Of a stretch of 64,000 nucleotides of DNA, positions 11,466 through 22,129 are shown one piece after another; positions within the stretch are counted from its first letter, which is position 1, and each line of letters starts with the position of its first letter. The notes beneath the pieces are model-generated. The model searched no databases. It was not told where the DNA came from and saw only the letters and a list, made by a program, of their open reading frames with translations. The DNA is from an uncultured Alphaproteobacteria bacterium. Lineage in GTDB: Bacteria > Pseudomonadota > Alphaproteobacteria > Rhizobiales > Devosiaceae. Made by a program: the position numbers and the translations under genes. The DNA lies in assembly GCA_963796775.1 (NCBI GenBank), contig CAWCMZ010000002.1, forward strand, positions 368,066 through 432,065, in the 5' to 3' direction.

Positions 11466-13310
11466 TCACACCACCTGTCCAAAGCTCACGCGCAGGGCGC
11501 GTTGCCGAGCGATGTCCAGTGCCTCGCTTGGCACGGCGCGGCTTGGCCGCCAGATGATGTCCCGTAGACGCTCCAGTGGCAGTTTCGGCTTGCGGTTCTC
11601 GTCGTAGAGCCCGTTGGTTTCCTGCTGCGTGTCGGTCAACTGCGTGTAGCAGAAGCCGGCGAGATCTGGGCTCTCATAGATGCCGTCGAAAAGCTGCGCC
11701 ATCATCTGCAGATATTCGTCGTCGCTTTGCGCGGTGGCATAGCCGAACCACGCCGTGCCTTCCTTGGGGTGGATCGACAGGCCGCCGAACTCAGTGATCA
11801 TCACGGGTTGCTGGCGCTGATCCTCGGGACGCAGCAATAGGCGCTTACGGGTCGGCCGCATCTCCTTGAGTGTCTGCGCAATAGCGTCGGTGTTGCCGTA
11901 GCGGCTTACCAACTCGCTCTTGAACTGGGTGTAGTCATGAATGCCCCAGATATCCGAGATCGTGTGCTCCCATCCATCGTTCGAAATCACTGGCCGGGTT
12001 GGATCGATCGCTTTGGTGAGATGGTAGAGCGACGTCGCAAAATCCTGCTGGTCCTGGCGCAGCGCGATGTCTGAGACGCCCCAGCTTTCATTTATCGGCA
12101 CCCAGGTGACGATGCACGGGTGGCTGCGGTCGCGCTTGAGGGCGCTCATCCATTCCTGCGTCTGCCGCTCGACCATCAGCGCATTGTACTGGTACGCGTT
12201 CGCCATCTCGCCCCACACCATCAGGCCGAGACGGTCGGCCCAGTACAGAAAGCGTGGATCTTCGATCTTCTGGTGGATGCGGACAGCGTTGAAGCCGAGT
12301 GACTTGATCAGCTCGACCTCTTGCTTCAGCGCCTCGGGGCTCGGGGCCGCCAAATGCGATTGTGGCCAGAATCCCTGCTCCAGCACTGAACGGATGAAGA
12401 CCGGTCGATCGTTGAGGAGGAACCGGTTGGCGCCGATGCCGACGCTGCGCAGCCCGAAATAACTCTCGACTGCGTCGACGGGCGTGCCGTCTCCGTCCAG
12501 CAGGCGCGCGCTGACTTCGATGAGGTTGGGATTGTCCGGCGTCCAATAGAGCCCGCTGCGATGCACGCCGTTCTGTGCCGCAGGTATCCCGATCGTCGAC
12601 TCGAGCGCCACGCCGTCGATCCGCACGCGCTGCTCGGCCAGCGTCGCACCGTCCTTATGTAGCCTCACGTCGATATATCCAGTGTGCGCCTGGTTGAGGA
12701 TCGCCTCGACAGTCACACTTCCGGCCGTCAGGTTCGGCGTCAGCTGGAACTCATTGATGTAGGCCTGAGGGACGGGCTCAAGCCACACCGTCTGCCAGAT
12801 TCCGGACGTCCGATCGTACCAGATTGCATGCGGCTTTTCCTGCCAGTCCTGCTTGCCTCGCGGCTGCGCCACGTCCGTGGGTTGATCCTCGGCCCGGACC
12901 ACCACCACCTGCTCGCCGCTCCTGTTGAGGCTCGCCGTGATGTCAGTCGAAAACGGCGTGTGGCCGCCCTCGTGCATCGCCACCATGTCGCCATTGACCC
13001 AGACCTGGGCGCGATAGTCGACCGCACCGAAATGCAGCAGCAACCGTCCGCCGGCGGGCGCCTGCGCATCAAAGCTGCGCCGATACCACAGGATCGGATG
13101 GAATCCTTTGTCGTTGATGCCCGACATCTCCGATTCCGGCGGGAAGGGCACCACGATCTCACGCCGGAACTTGCCGGCATCATCCTGCCAGCGTTCGTTG
13201 ACGCCAGCATTGGCGTCGTCATGGGCGAACTGCCAGGTGCCGTTGAGATCGATCCAGCGGTCTCGCGTGAGACGTGGCCGGGGATGGAGAATGCTGTGTG
13301 AATTGTCCAT
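11466..13310 (-). CDS. GH2 glycoside hydrolase
   Basis: LNGTWQF, LLHFGAVDY, HEGGHTPF, SGIWQTVWLE, WVPINESWG, ITEFGG, YTQLTD. Confidence 0.9.
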   Translation of the reverse strand: MDNSHSILHPRPRLTRDRWIDLNGTWQFAHDDANAGVNERWQDDAGKFRREIVVPFPPESEMSGINDKGFHPILWYRRSFDAQAPAGGRLLLHFGAVDYRAQVWVNGDMVAMHEGGHTPFSTDITASLNRSGEQVVVVRAEDQPTDVAQPRGKQDWQEKPHAIWYDRTSGIWQTVWLEPVPQAYINEFQLTPNLTAGSVTVEAILNQAHTGYIDVRLHKDGATLAEQRVRIDGVALESTIGIPAAQNGVHRSGLYWTPDNPNLIEVSARLLDGDGTPVDAVESYFGLRSVGIGANRFLLNDRPVFIRSVLEQGFWPQSHLAAPSPEALKQEVELIKSLGFNAVRIHQKIEDPRFLYWADRLGLMVWGEMANAYQYNALMVERQTQEWMSALKRDRSHPCIVTWVPINESWGVSDIALRQDQQDFATSLYHLTKAIDPTRPVISNDGWEHTISDIWGIHDYTQFKSELVSRYGNTDAIAQTLKEMRPTRKRLLLRPEDQRQQPVMITEFGGLSIHPKEGTAWFGYATAQSDDEYLQMMAQLFDGIYESPDLAGFCYTQLTDTQQETNGLYDENRKPKLPLERLRDIIWRPSRAVPSEALDIARQRALRVSFGQVV

Positions 13311-13350
13311 GGAAGCCTCGCGGGCCTGACTTGCGCCCTCTTATTGCGCT

Positions 13351-13440
13351 GGGATCGGGTGGCGGTGGGAGGAGCGCCATCCGATCCCGCTGATGCCGGC
13401 AAGACGCTGCCGGTAGGTTTCCGCCCGAGGGGAGGCGGAT
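13351..13440. other. Cluster of GC-rich stem-loops between the GH51 and GH2 genes
   Basis: GGGATCGGGTGGCG...CGCCATCCGATCCC (13351-13388) followed by two shorter hairpins. Confidence 0.5.
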
Positions 13441-13443
13441 GAG

Positions 13444-14958
13444 CTAGCCGAGTTGCACCCGGATCATCTGATACGAATATGCCGGCAACCTGCCGCTCAG
13501 TGTGTCACCGTCGATGCCAATGCCGCTGCCTGCCTTGGGCACCACCGCGTTCTGGTGTTTGAGGCTGTTGACCGCCTTGAGGTCGGAATGCGTCATCACC
13601 TGGTGGTCCAGTACCCTGGCGCTGCCGAAGCCCCTCAGGTCAATGCTGAGATCGAGGGCTTCGGTCGGGTGCCGGTTGACTGCAAAGAAGCTGATCGTGC
13701 CGCCGGCCTTGTCGTGCACGGCCGAGATGTCGAGGTAGGGCACGTTGTCCGCGATATCGGCATCGTAGCCGGGGCAGACCACACCCAGTTGCAGCGCCGT
13801 TCCTCGTCCGAAGATCGAGGCGAAATAGTAAGGATAGTAGATCGTCTGCTTCCATGCGGGACCGTTCGGCTCTGTCATGATCGGGGCGATGACGTTGACC
13901 AACTGCGCAAGACAGGCGATCCGCACCACGTCCGAGCGGCGGATGAAGGTGTTGAGGATACAGCCGACCTGCAGCACGTCCTCGAAATTGTACGCATCCT
14001 CGAGCAGCCGGGGCGCGTGCGGCCAGCCATTGTTGCCGTCGAGCACGGCGCGGTCCGCGGCGTTTGAGTGATACCAGACGTTCCACTCGTCGAACGAGAT
14101 CGTGACCTTCTTCTTGCTGCGCTTCTTGGCCTGTACGAAGTCGATCGTCGAGGCGACGGTCGCAATGTAGGTGTCAAGCTTGGCATTGAGAGCCAGGTAG
14201 TTCGCCGTGTTCTGCGCCCGGTTGGCGAAGTACATGTGGAGTGAGATGTAGTCTACAGAATCGTAGGTGTGTTCGAGCACCGTGCGCTCCCACTCGGGAT
14301 AGGTCGACATGTCGGAGTTTGACGAGCCGCACACCACCAGCTCCAGCGACTTGTCGAATGCGCGCAGCGTCTTGGCAGTCTCGGCGGCGAGCCGTCCGTA
14401 CTCATCGGCGGTCTTGTGACCGACCTGCCATGGCCCGTCCATCTCGTTGCCGAGGCACCAGAGCTTGACGCCGAACGGCTCGGCACGGCCGTTCTTCTTG
14501 CGCAGGTCGCCCCAGTGGCTGCCGGTCGGCCCGTTAACGTACTCGACGAAGTTACGCGCCTCATCGAGCCCGCGCGAGCCGAGGTTGATCGCCAGCATCA
14601 TCGTGGTGCCGACGGTATCGCACCAGTCGGAGAATTCATGGACACCGATCGTGTTGGCGTCGGACGTATGCCACGCAAGATCGAGGCGCGTTGGGCGGTC
14701 CGCGACAGGCCCAACACCGTCTTCCCAGTTATAGGCGGATACGAAATTGCCGCCCGGATAACGGACATACGGAATCTTCAGGTCGCGGACGAGTTGCGCG
14801 ACATCGCCGCGCATGCCGTTCTTGTCGGCGCTCGGATGCCCGGGTTCATGAATGCCGGTATAGATGGCCCTGCCGAGATGCTCGAGGAACGAGCTGTAGA
14901 TGCGATCATCGATGTCCGAGATCGTAAAATCGCGATGCGCCGTAACGCTGGCACGCAT
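13444..14958 (-). CDS. abfA: GH51 alpha-L-arabinofuranosidase
   Basis: FLEHLGRAIYTG, RYPGGNFVSAYNWEDGVGP, WCLGNEMDGPWQ, FDEWNVW, AQLVNVIAPI. Confidence 0.93.
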   Translation of the reverse strand: MRASVTAHRDFTISDIDDRIYSSFLEHLGRAIYTGIHEPGHPSADKNGMRGDVAQLVRDLKIPYVRYPGGNFVSAYNWEDGVGPVADRPTRLDLAWHTSDANTIGVHEFSDWCDTVGTTMMLAINLGSRGLDEARNFVEYVNGPTGSHWGDLRKKNGRAEPFGVKLWCLGNEMDGPWQVGHKTADEYGRLAAETAKTLRAFDKSLELVVCGSSNSDMSTYPEWERTVLEHTYDSVDYISLHMYFANRAQNTANYLALNAKLDTYIATVASTIDFVQAKKRSKKKVTISFDEWNVWYHSNAADRAVLDGNNGWPHAPRLLEDAYNFEDVLQVGCILNTFIRRSDVVRIACLAQLVNVIAPIMTEPNGPAWKQTIYYPYYFASIFGRGTALQLGVVCPGYDADIADNVPYLDISAVHDKAGGTISFFAVNRHPTEALDLSIDLRGFGSARVLDHQVMTHSDLKAVNSLKHQNAVVPKAGSGIGIDGDTLSGRLPAYSYQMIRVQLG

Positions 14959-15423
14959 CCTCGTCCCTCCCAGTAGAACCCGATTTATTGATCTATATCA
15001 GGCAATTCGGAGTATTGAAGCCGAACTTCCTTCTGCTCGTCAAGCGGGATTTCTCCCAGTGCCCCTTACCGACCAACCATGCTGACAGCTCGTCGGTTGC
15101 AAAATCGCTTTGCACCGCCGCGTCACCCCTGGTGCCCCCATCTGGCATGAATTCCTCATATCTCACAGGGCATTGGGTCGCTTTGGCGGCAACCTTGGTA
15201 CGACACGGCGGATGCGCGTGGGAGCGTCTTGCGGTCCCTCCATATCGGCAAGGCTGGAGCATACCATCAACTGTACCCGGATGGTTGATCAAAAATTCCG
15301 GTATTGATCCACAATACTGATGTGCATATGGTTTACCCAACGGGACCGGCTGGAGGATTGCCTGCCCGTGTCGGAAAGCCGCCCAAGCGGCAACCGCAAG
15401 TTCAGCAAAGGGAGGAGACGGAC

Positions 15424-16704
15424 GTGATCCGGAATCTATTTAAGGCAGCACTGCTCAGTTCGGCGTTGCTGACGACCGCCGTTGGCGGCGCGCTCGCAGT
15501 CGAAAACGTCGTTTGGTGGGACTTCCTCGGCGGCGGCGACGGCGTCCGCATGAAGAAACTGATCGAAGACTTCAACACCGAGCACAAGGACCAGATCGAG
15601 ATCCAGGGGACGACACTCGACTGGGGTACGCCGTTCTACACCAAGGTGCAGACCTCGGCGGCGGTAGGCGAGGGGCCCGACATCATGACCTATCACGCCT
15701 CGCGCATTCCGCTGGCGGTCAGCCAGAGCACCCTGAGCGAGATTACTGCCGACGACATGAAGACCATGGGGCTCTCCCAGGATTCATTCGCCGGCGCAAC
15801 ATGGGACGCCGTGCATGTCGATGGCAAGCAATATGCAGTACCCTTCGATACGCATCCGATCGTGCTCTACTACAATAAAGACCTGCTCGAGAAAGCTGGA
15901 CTGATCGGGGCCGACGGCCTGCCGGCTGGGCTCGATGGCCTCGACAACTTCACCGCTGCCCTCAAGAAGCTCAAGGATGCAGGCAATCAGTATTCGATCG
16001 CCCAAGTGACGGCCGATGGCTCGTTTGCCTTCCGCACCATCTATTCCCTGCTCTGCCAGCAGGACGGTGACATCGGTTCGGACGGCAACTGGTTCCCGGG
16101 CGACAGTTCGGAGAAGTTGGCGAAAGCAGTTGGCGTTATCGCCGACTGGGTCCAGGCCGGCTACAATCCCAGCCAGACCGACTATCCCTCGACCGTGGCA
16201 CTGTTTACCTCGGGCGCAGCGCCCTTGATGATCAATGGTGTCTGGGAAGTGCCGACCATGGTCGACCTCGCAAAGCAGGGCAAGCTGTTCAATTGGGGTG
16301 CCATCGAACTGCCAGTGCTGTTTAATCACGCCTGCACCTATGAGGACTCCCACACCTTCGCGATCCCCAACAATCAGGGCAAGCCTGCCACGCCTGAAAA
16401 GCACGCCGCTGTCCTCGAAGTCATCAAGTGGATGGAGGGCCATGCGCTCTTCTGGGCGACCGCCGGTCATATCCCAGCCAACAAGGCCGTGACGGAATCG
16501 GCCGAGTACAAGGCCATGCAGCCCCAGGCGACCTACGCCAAGCTGACGGCCAATGGCGTGTTCGACCCCAAGTCGAAGTTCGCCGGTGTTGCCTCCCCGC
16601 TTTTCGATGCGGCTGGCAATTCGTTCACCCCCGCCATCAACGGTGAGACTGACCCGGCCTCAGCCGTTGCAGAAATGAAAGCGACGCTCGACGCACTTGA
16701 ATAA
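15424..16704 (+). CDS. Sugar ABC transporter substrate-binding protein
   Basis: RBS GGAGGAG, GTG start, signal peptide, WDFLGGGDG, PFDTHPIVLYYNKDLL. Confidence 0.92.
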   Translation: MIRNLFKAALLSSALLTTAVGGALAVENVVWWDFLGGGDGVRMKKLIEDFNTEHKDQIEIQGTTLDWGTPFYTKVQTSAAVGEGPDIMTYHASRIPLAVSQSTLSEITADDMKTMGLSQDSFAGATWDAVHVDGKQYAVPFDTHPIVLYYNKDLLEKAGLIGADGLPAGLDGLDNFTAALKKLKDAGNQYSIAQVTADGSFAFRTIYSLLCQQDGDIGSDGNWFPGDSSEKLAKAVGVIADWVQAGYNPSQTDYPSTVALFTSGAAPLMINGVWEVPTMVDLAKQGKLFNWGAIELPVLFNHACTYEDSHTFAIPNNQGKPATPEKHAAVLEVIKWMEGHALFWATAGHIPANKAVTESAEYKAMQPQATYAKLTANGVFDPKSKFAGVASPLFDAAGNSFTPAINGETDPASAVAEMKATLDALE

Positions 16705-16716
16705 GGTTCGTCGTTC

Positions 16717-16743
16717 GGCCCCGACCGGTCATCCGGCCGGGGC
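16717..16743 (+). terminator. Stem-loop downstream of the binding-protein gene (mRNA stabiliser or attenuator)
   Basis: GCCCCGACCGG-loop-CCGGCCGGGGC just after the stop codon. Confidence 0.45.
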
Positions 16744-16763
16744 AAAGTTTTCAGGGGGAGTCG

Positions 16764-17642
16764 ATGCCTAAATACCGTGCGAACGAGATTCTGGTCGCGG
16801 CAGTACTCGTTGCGCCGTTTGTGGTGATTTACGGCTGGCTGTTTGTGTATCCCACCGTCCAGATGGTGATCCTGAGCTTCACCAATTCCCCCCTGATCGG
16901 ACCGGGTGTGTGGACGGGTCTCAAGAACTACCAGCGCCTGTTCGCCGACAAGATCTTTGGTGCCGCGGTATGGAACACGACCTACTTCGTGCTGCTCACC
17001 GTGATCCCGGGCACCGCTGTGGCGCTGGGCATCGCCTTGATGGTGACCCGCCTGAAAGGCTGGGTGCAAAGCGTCATACTCTCCGCCTTCTTTCTGCCGT
17101 TCGTGCTGCCGATCACGGTCGTCTACTGGATCTGGGACTGGTTGACCAACCTGCAGTTCGGTGTCCTCCAGTACGCCATTGCGCCGATCGTCGGGAAGCC
17201 CGTCAATGTCTGGCGGACCATCCCGTGGTTCATGCCATTCGCGGCGGTGCTGACGATCTGGTGGACCAACGGGTTCTCTATCCTGCTGTTTCTGGCGGGG
17301 CTCCGAAACATCCCGCGTGAGCTATACGAAGCGGCGTCCCTCGACGGAGCGACGCGTGGGCAGATGTTCACCCGCGTGACCTGGCCGCTGATCTGGCCGG
17401 TTACCGTGCTGTGCCTCACGATCCAGCTGATCCTGCAGCTCAAGATCTTCGATCAGGTCTATCTGTTCGCTCGCGGCGGCCGCACCCAGGCGACGATGGT
17501 GCTGGTCCAATACATCTACGAACAGGCCTTCCAGAAAAATTCAGCCGGCTACGCATCGGCCATCGCCGTCGCCCTGTTCGTCATAGTGGTCGCCTTTTCG
17601 GTGCTGCAGTATCAGGTTCTCCGGATTCGAGGTGCGCGATGA
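16764..17642 (+). CDS. Sugar ABC transporter permease
   Basis: GLKNY, IPRELYEAASLDGA, KIFDQVY. Confidence 0.93.
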   Translation: MPKYRANEILVAAVLVAPFVVIYGWLFVYPTVQMVILSFTNSPLIGPGVWTGLKNYQRLFADKIFGAAVWNTTYFVLLTVIPGTAVALGIALMVTRLKGWVQSVILSAFFLPFVLPITVVYWIWDWLTNLQFGVLQYAIAPIVGKPVNVWRTIPWFMPFAAVLTIWWTNGFSILLFLAGLRNIPRELYEAASLDGATRGQMFTRVTWPLIWPVTVLCLTIQLILQLKIFDQVYLFARGGRTQATMVLVQYIYEQAFQKNSAGYASAIAVALFVIVVAFSVLQYQVLRIRGAR

Positions 17643-18514
17643 GTATCGCTCAGGCCAGCGCAACCGTGGTCAATACGCCCACTCGTCGGCCCAGCATCGA
17701 CATCGGCGGCGTGCTGCTCACGCTGCTCACGATCATCTGTGCGGTTCTGTGGTTCTTTCCGATCTACTGGGCGCTCGTCACCAGCTTCAAGGTCGACAAC
17801 GACACGGTACTGCCGGGCGTGCAGCTATGGCCACAGAATCCGACGATCAACGGGTACCTGTATGTCATCCAGAATTCCAATCTGCTGATCTGGTATCTCA
17901 ACTCGACCATCGTCTCAGTGACGGTCACCGTGCTCGCGGTATTCATGGCAGCCTGCGCCGGCTACGCCATTTCCCAGTTGCGGTTCCCTGGCCGGTTGCT
18001 GCTGTGGTGGGTCATCCTGGCCAGTTTCATGGTTCCGGTATCCGCCCTGATCGTGAACCACTTCATAATCATGGCCAGCGTGAAACTGCTGAACACCTAT
18101 TTCGGCATCATCCTGCCCATGTTGATCACGCCAGTGACGGTGATTGTCTACAAGCAGTTCTTCGACTCCTTGCCGCGCGAATTCCGCGAGGCGGCTGTGA
18201 TGGATGGTGCCAACCAGTTTCAGCTGTTGTTCAGGGTGTTTCTGCCGATGAACTGGGGGATCACCACTGCGCTCGCCATCATCACCTTCATCGGCGCCTG
18301 GAACTCCTTCCTCTGGCCGTTCCTCGCGGTACAGAACGAGAAGATGATGACCGTCACCGTGGGCATTGCCGCTGTGCAGGATACCTATGGGGTGCGTTAC
18401 GCCCGTGTGCTCGCGGGCGCTGTCATGGCCGGGCTGCCGGTCGCCATCGCTTATCTCATCTTCCAGCGCCGCGTGACCCAGGCCATCACGCTGTCGGCTG
18501 GCATCAAGGGTTAG
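17639..18514 (+). CDS. Sugar ABC transporter permease
   Basis: ATG overlaps upstream stop (ATGA); LPREFREAAVMDGA, AWNSFLWP. Confidence 0.93.
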   Translation: MSIAQASATVVNTPTRRPSIDIGGVLLTLLTIICAVLWFFPIYWALVTSFKVDNDTVLPGVQLWPQNPTINGYLYVIQNSNLLIWYLNSTIVSVTVTVLAVFMAACAGYAISQLRFPGRLLLWWVILASFMVPVSALIVNHFIIMASVKLLNTYFGIILPMLITPVTVIVYKQFFDSLPREFREAAVMDGANQFQLLFRVFLPMNWGITTALAIITFIGAWNSFLWPFLAVQNEKMMTVTVGIAAVQDTYGVRYARVLAGAVMAGLPVAIAYLIFQRRVTQAITLSAGIKG

Positions 18515-18523
18515 GGCTCGCAC

Positions 18524-19603
18524 ATGCCGCACGTCGAACTCCAGAACGTCACCAAGCGCTACGGCAACATCGAGGTAATGACCGACCTGTCGCTGGGCGT
18601 GGAAAAAGGCTCCTTTACCGCCCTGCTCGGTCCCTCCGGCTGCGGTAAGTCGACGTTGCTGCGCATGGTTGCGGGACTTGAGGAGATTACCCGCGGCCGC
18701 TGCTTCATCGCCGGTGAGGATGTCACCACCGTGCCACCGGCGAAGCGTGGCGCCGCGATGGTGTTTCAGAACTACGCTCTCTACCCGCACCTGACTGTTC
18801 GCCAGAACATAGCCTTCTCGCTGTCACTCGCCCACGCGCCGCGGGCCGTGCAGGACAAGCGGGTTGCCGAAATCTCCCACATGCTGCAGCTCGACGAGCT
18901 TCTGGAGCGTCGTCCCGCGCAATTGTCGGGCGGGCAGCGACAGCGTGTCGCCATCGGTCGCGCCCTGGTGCGCGAACCGCAGGTCTTCCTGTTTGACGAG
19001 CCGCTCAGCAACCTGGATGCAATGCTGCGCGTCCAGATGCGGCTCGAGCTTGCCAAGCTGCACCAGGATCTGAAGACAACCATGATCTATGTTACGCACG
19101 ACCAGATCGAGGCGATGACCCTCGCCGACAGGATCGTCGTGCTGGACAAGGGCCGAATCTCTCAGATCGGCTCGCCCCTCGAGCTCTACAACGAGCCCCG
19201 GAACCGGTTCGTCGCCTCGTTCATCGGCTCGCCGGCCATGAACTTCTTCACCGCCGAGGTCGCCGGCAGGTCAGGACCCGGCGTAACGCTGAAGCTGCCA
19301 GGGGGCCGCGCCACGACGATCGTTTCTCGTGGTAGTGCGCTGACGGAATCGACCGTCACAGTAGGCGTCCGTCCAGAGCATCTTAAACTCGGGGCCCCCG
19401 GCGATGCCATGGCATCGTTCGACGGCACCGTGGGCATCGTCGAGCAACTCGGGAACTCGACGCTGCTCTACATCGAAACGCCGGCGGGGCAACTGATCGT
19501 TGAAGGGGAGGGCAACCTGAAGGTGGCCCACGGCGAGACCGTCAGCCTGACGCTCGACCCCAGCCGGTCGCACCTGTTCGGCCCGGATGGCCAGGTGATC
19601 TGA
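18524..19603 (+). CDS. Sugar ABC transporter ATP-binding protein (MalK/UgpC type)
   Basis: [38 protein letters not shown] tail. Confidence 0.95.
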   Translation: MPHVELQNVTKRYGNIEVMTDLSLGVEKGSFTALLGPSGCGKSTLLRMVAGLEEITRGRCFIAGEDVTTVPPAKRGAAMVFQNYALYPHLTVRQNIAFSLSLAHAPRAVQDKRVAEISHMLQLDELLERRPAQLSGGQRQRVAIGRALVREPQVFLFDEPLSNLDAMLRVQMRLELAKLHQDLKTTMIYVTHDQIEAMTLADRIVVLDKGRISQIGSPLELYNEPRNRFVASFIGSPAMNFFTAEVAGRSGPGVTLKLPGGRATTIVSRGSALTESTVTVGVRPEHLKLGAPGDAMASFDGTVGIVEQLGNSTLLYIETPAGQLIVEGEGNLKVAHGETVSLTLDPSRSHLFGPDGQVI

Positions 19604-19618
19604 CCACGCCGACCCAGC

Positions 19619-20548
19619 TCAGCGGCCGGTGTGGATGCGCAGAACAATGTCCTGATCGTAGTTGCCGAAACCGCGGCCGAAGATATTAATCCCGCCCGGA
19701 TGCCTGGCATTTTCCTTGACCCCGACCCGTAGCCGGATCGAGTGGTGGTCGGCGATTTCCAGGTCCTTGAGCGAAACCGGCGAGATCTTCACCCCGTCGA
19801 CATAGCTGCCCTCGCGAGTAATCTTCCAGGTCTTGAGCATGCCGTATTGGCTACCACGCAGCGTCCACCAATCGGGCGTATACACACCGCGCTTGTCACC
19901 GAAGTCACCGGGGCTGGTCCAGGTACCGACGTCCTTGTGGTTCACCGCAACAGTGATATCCGACGGCCAGTCGGTCGCGGTTCCGGGCACCTCGGACGAC
20001 ACCTCAAACGAGAACTCCATCGCCTGGATATTGGTCTTGGAGAGCCTCGCATTGTTGGGGAACTGGTACTCGACGAAACCGCGGGTGAACCACATGAGCC
20101 CGGCCCGCATGCGGCCCGGATCGAGGAAGGTGTTCGGCACGTCGAGCAGCCCGATGATACCGTCGGCCGAGCAGAGGCCGCACGGCGCGCTGATCTCGCA
20201 GCTCGTATAGAGGCCGACAGGCATCGCCACCTCGATGATGTCGGGGCGGGTCGCGGCCAAACCCTCCTTGAACATGACTAGCACCTCGTCGTAGACGACG
20301 TGGCAGATCTTCTGGTTGCCCTTGCGCGCCTTCTGCGTCTCGGTGCGGATCAACCCGGCCTCCTCGAGCACTTGCAGGTTCGAAGACACCGTCGATTGCG
20401 GCAAATCAAGCAGGGCAGCTATGTCGTTGACGTTGAGACCGCCGCGCATATGCAGGGCCTTCAGAATCTTGACCCGCACGGTGGATGCCAGACCGCGCAG
20501 CACGTCCGGCCGCTCCTCGGGGTCGACCAAAAGGAAGTTCCGGCTCAT
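19619..20548 (-). CDS. ArsR-type HTH regulator with large C-terminal domain (COG4189-like)
   Basis: LASTVRVKIL...PQSTVSSNLQVLEEAGLI; PCGL, WPSDIT, PGDFG, QYGMLK, FGNYDQDI. Confidence 0.85.
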   Translation of the reverse strand: MSRNFLLVDPEERPDVLRGLASTVRVKILKALHMRGGLNVNDIAALLDLPQSTVSSNLQVLEEAGLIRTETQKARKGNQKICHVVYDEVLVMFKEGLAATRPDIIEVAMPVGLYTSCEISAPCGLCSADGIIGLLDVPNTFLDPGRMRAGLMWFTRGFVEYQFPNNARLSKTNIQAMEFSFEVSSEVPGTATDWPSDITVAVNHKDVGTWTSPGDFGDKRGVYTPDWWTLRGSQYGMLKTWKITREGSYVDGVKISPVSLKDLEIADHHSIRLRVGVKENARHPGGINIFGRGFGNYDQDIVLRIHTGR

Positions 20549-20627
20549 CTGCTAAGCGCTTGAGAACGCGCCCCCCACAAAGTGCGGTACATATCAGTAT
20601 TCTCGAGAGCCGTACAACGTCCGATAG

Positions 20628-21311
<684 letters not shown>

Positions 21312-21351
21312 AAGTCATCGATCCGGCCGACATCCGGCGACGTCGTCTGGG

Positions 21352-22129
21352 CTATGCCCGGTCGGGCGCCAATCGGAAATCATTGCCTTCCGGCAGCAAC
21401 TGGCCGCCATCGACGATGATGGTCGTGCCGGTGATGTAGCTGGCATCATCTGAAGCGAGAAAGAGGAAGGCGTTGGCGACGTCGCGCGTACTGCCCAGCC
21501 GCCCCAGAGGGATGGCGTCTTCCATCGATTTGATGAAGGCTGGAGAGCGGTGTTCCTCGATGGCCTCGGTGAGGATATTGCCGGGCTCGACGCCATTGAC
21601 CGTGATCCCGTAACCGGACAATTCGAGCGCAGCCGAGCGGATCAGCCCGTTGATGCCGGCCTTGCTGGCCGAGTAATGGCCGTGGCCGGGGCTGGTGACA
21701 TGCGGCCCGGTGATCGAGGAGGTGAAAAGGATGCGGCCATGGCGCTGCGCCTTCATCGGCACCAGCGCGGCGCGCGCGGCGATGAAAGCTGCCGCGCAGG
21801 TTCGTAGCCATGACGCGGTCCCAGTCGTCGGGTGAGGTGTCCTCGAGCAACTGCCAGGGATAGATGCCGGCGTTCTGGACGATGATATCGAGGCGGCCGT
21901 GACGCTCGAGCGCAAGTGCCACGGCGGCTTCGGCGTCCGCATCTTCGAAACGTCCGCGATGAGGATGATGCGCGCCGAGCTCGGTTGCGGTCGCCTCGAC
22001 GCGCGGCCTCGAGATCGGCGAGGACGAGGTTGCGCGCCCTCTTCAGCGAAGCGGACGGCGATGCCTTTGCCGATGCCGCGCGCCGCGCCGATGATGAGCG
22101 GCGACCTTGCCGTCGAGGCGACCGCTCAT
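21352..22129 (-). CDS. SDR-family oxidoreductase (FabG-like); frameshifted
   Basis: [43 protein letters not shown]. Confidence 0.88.
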
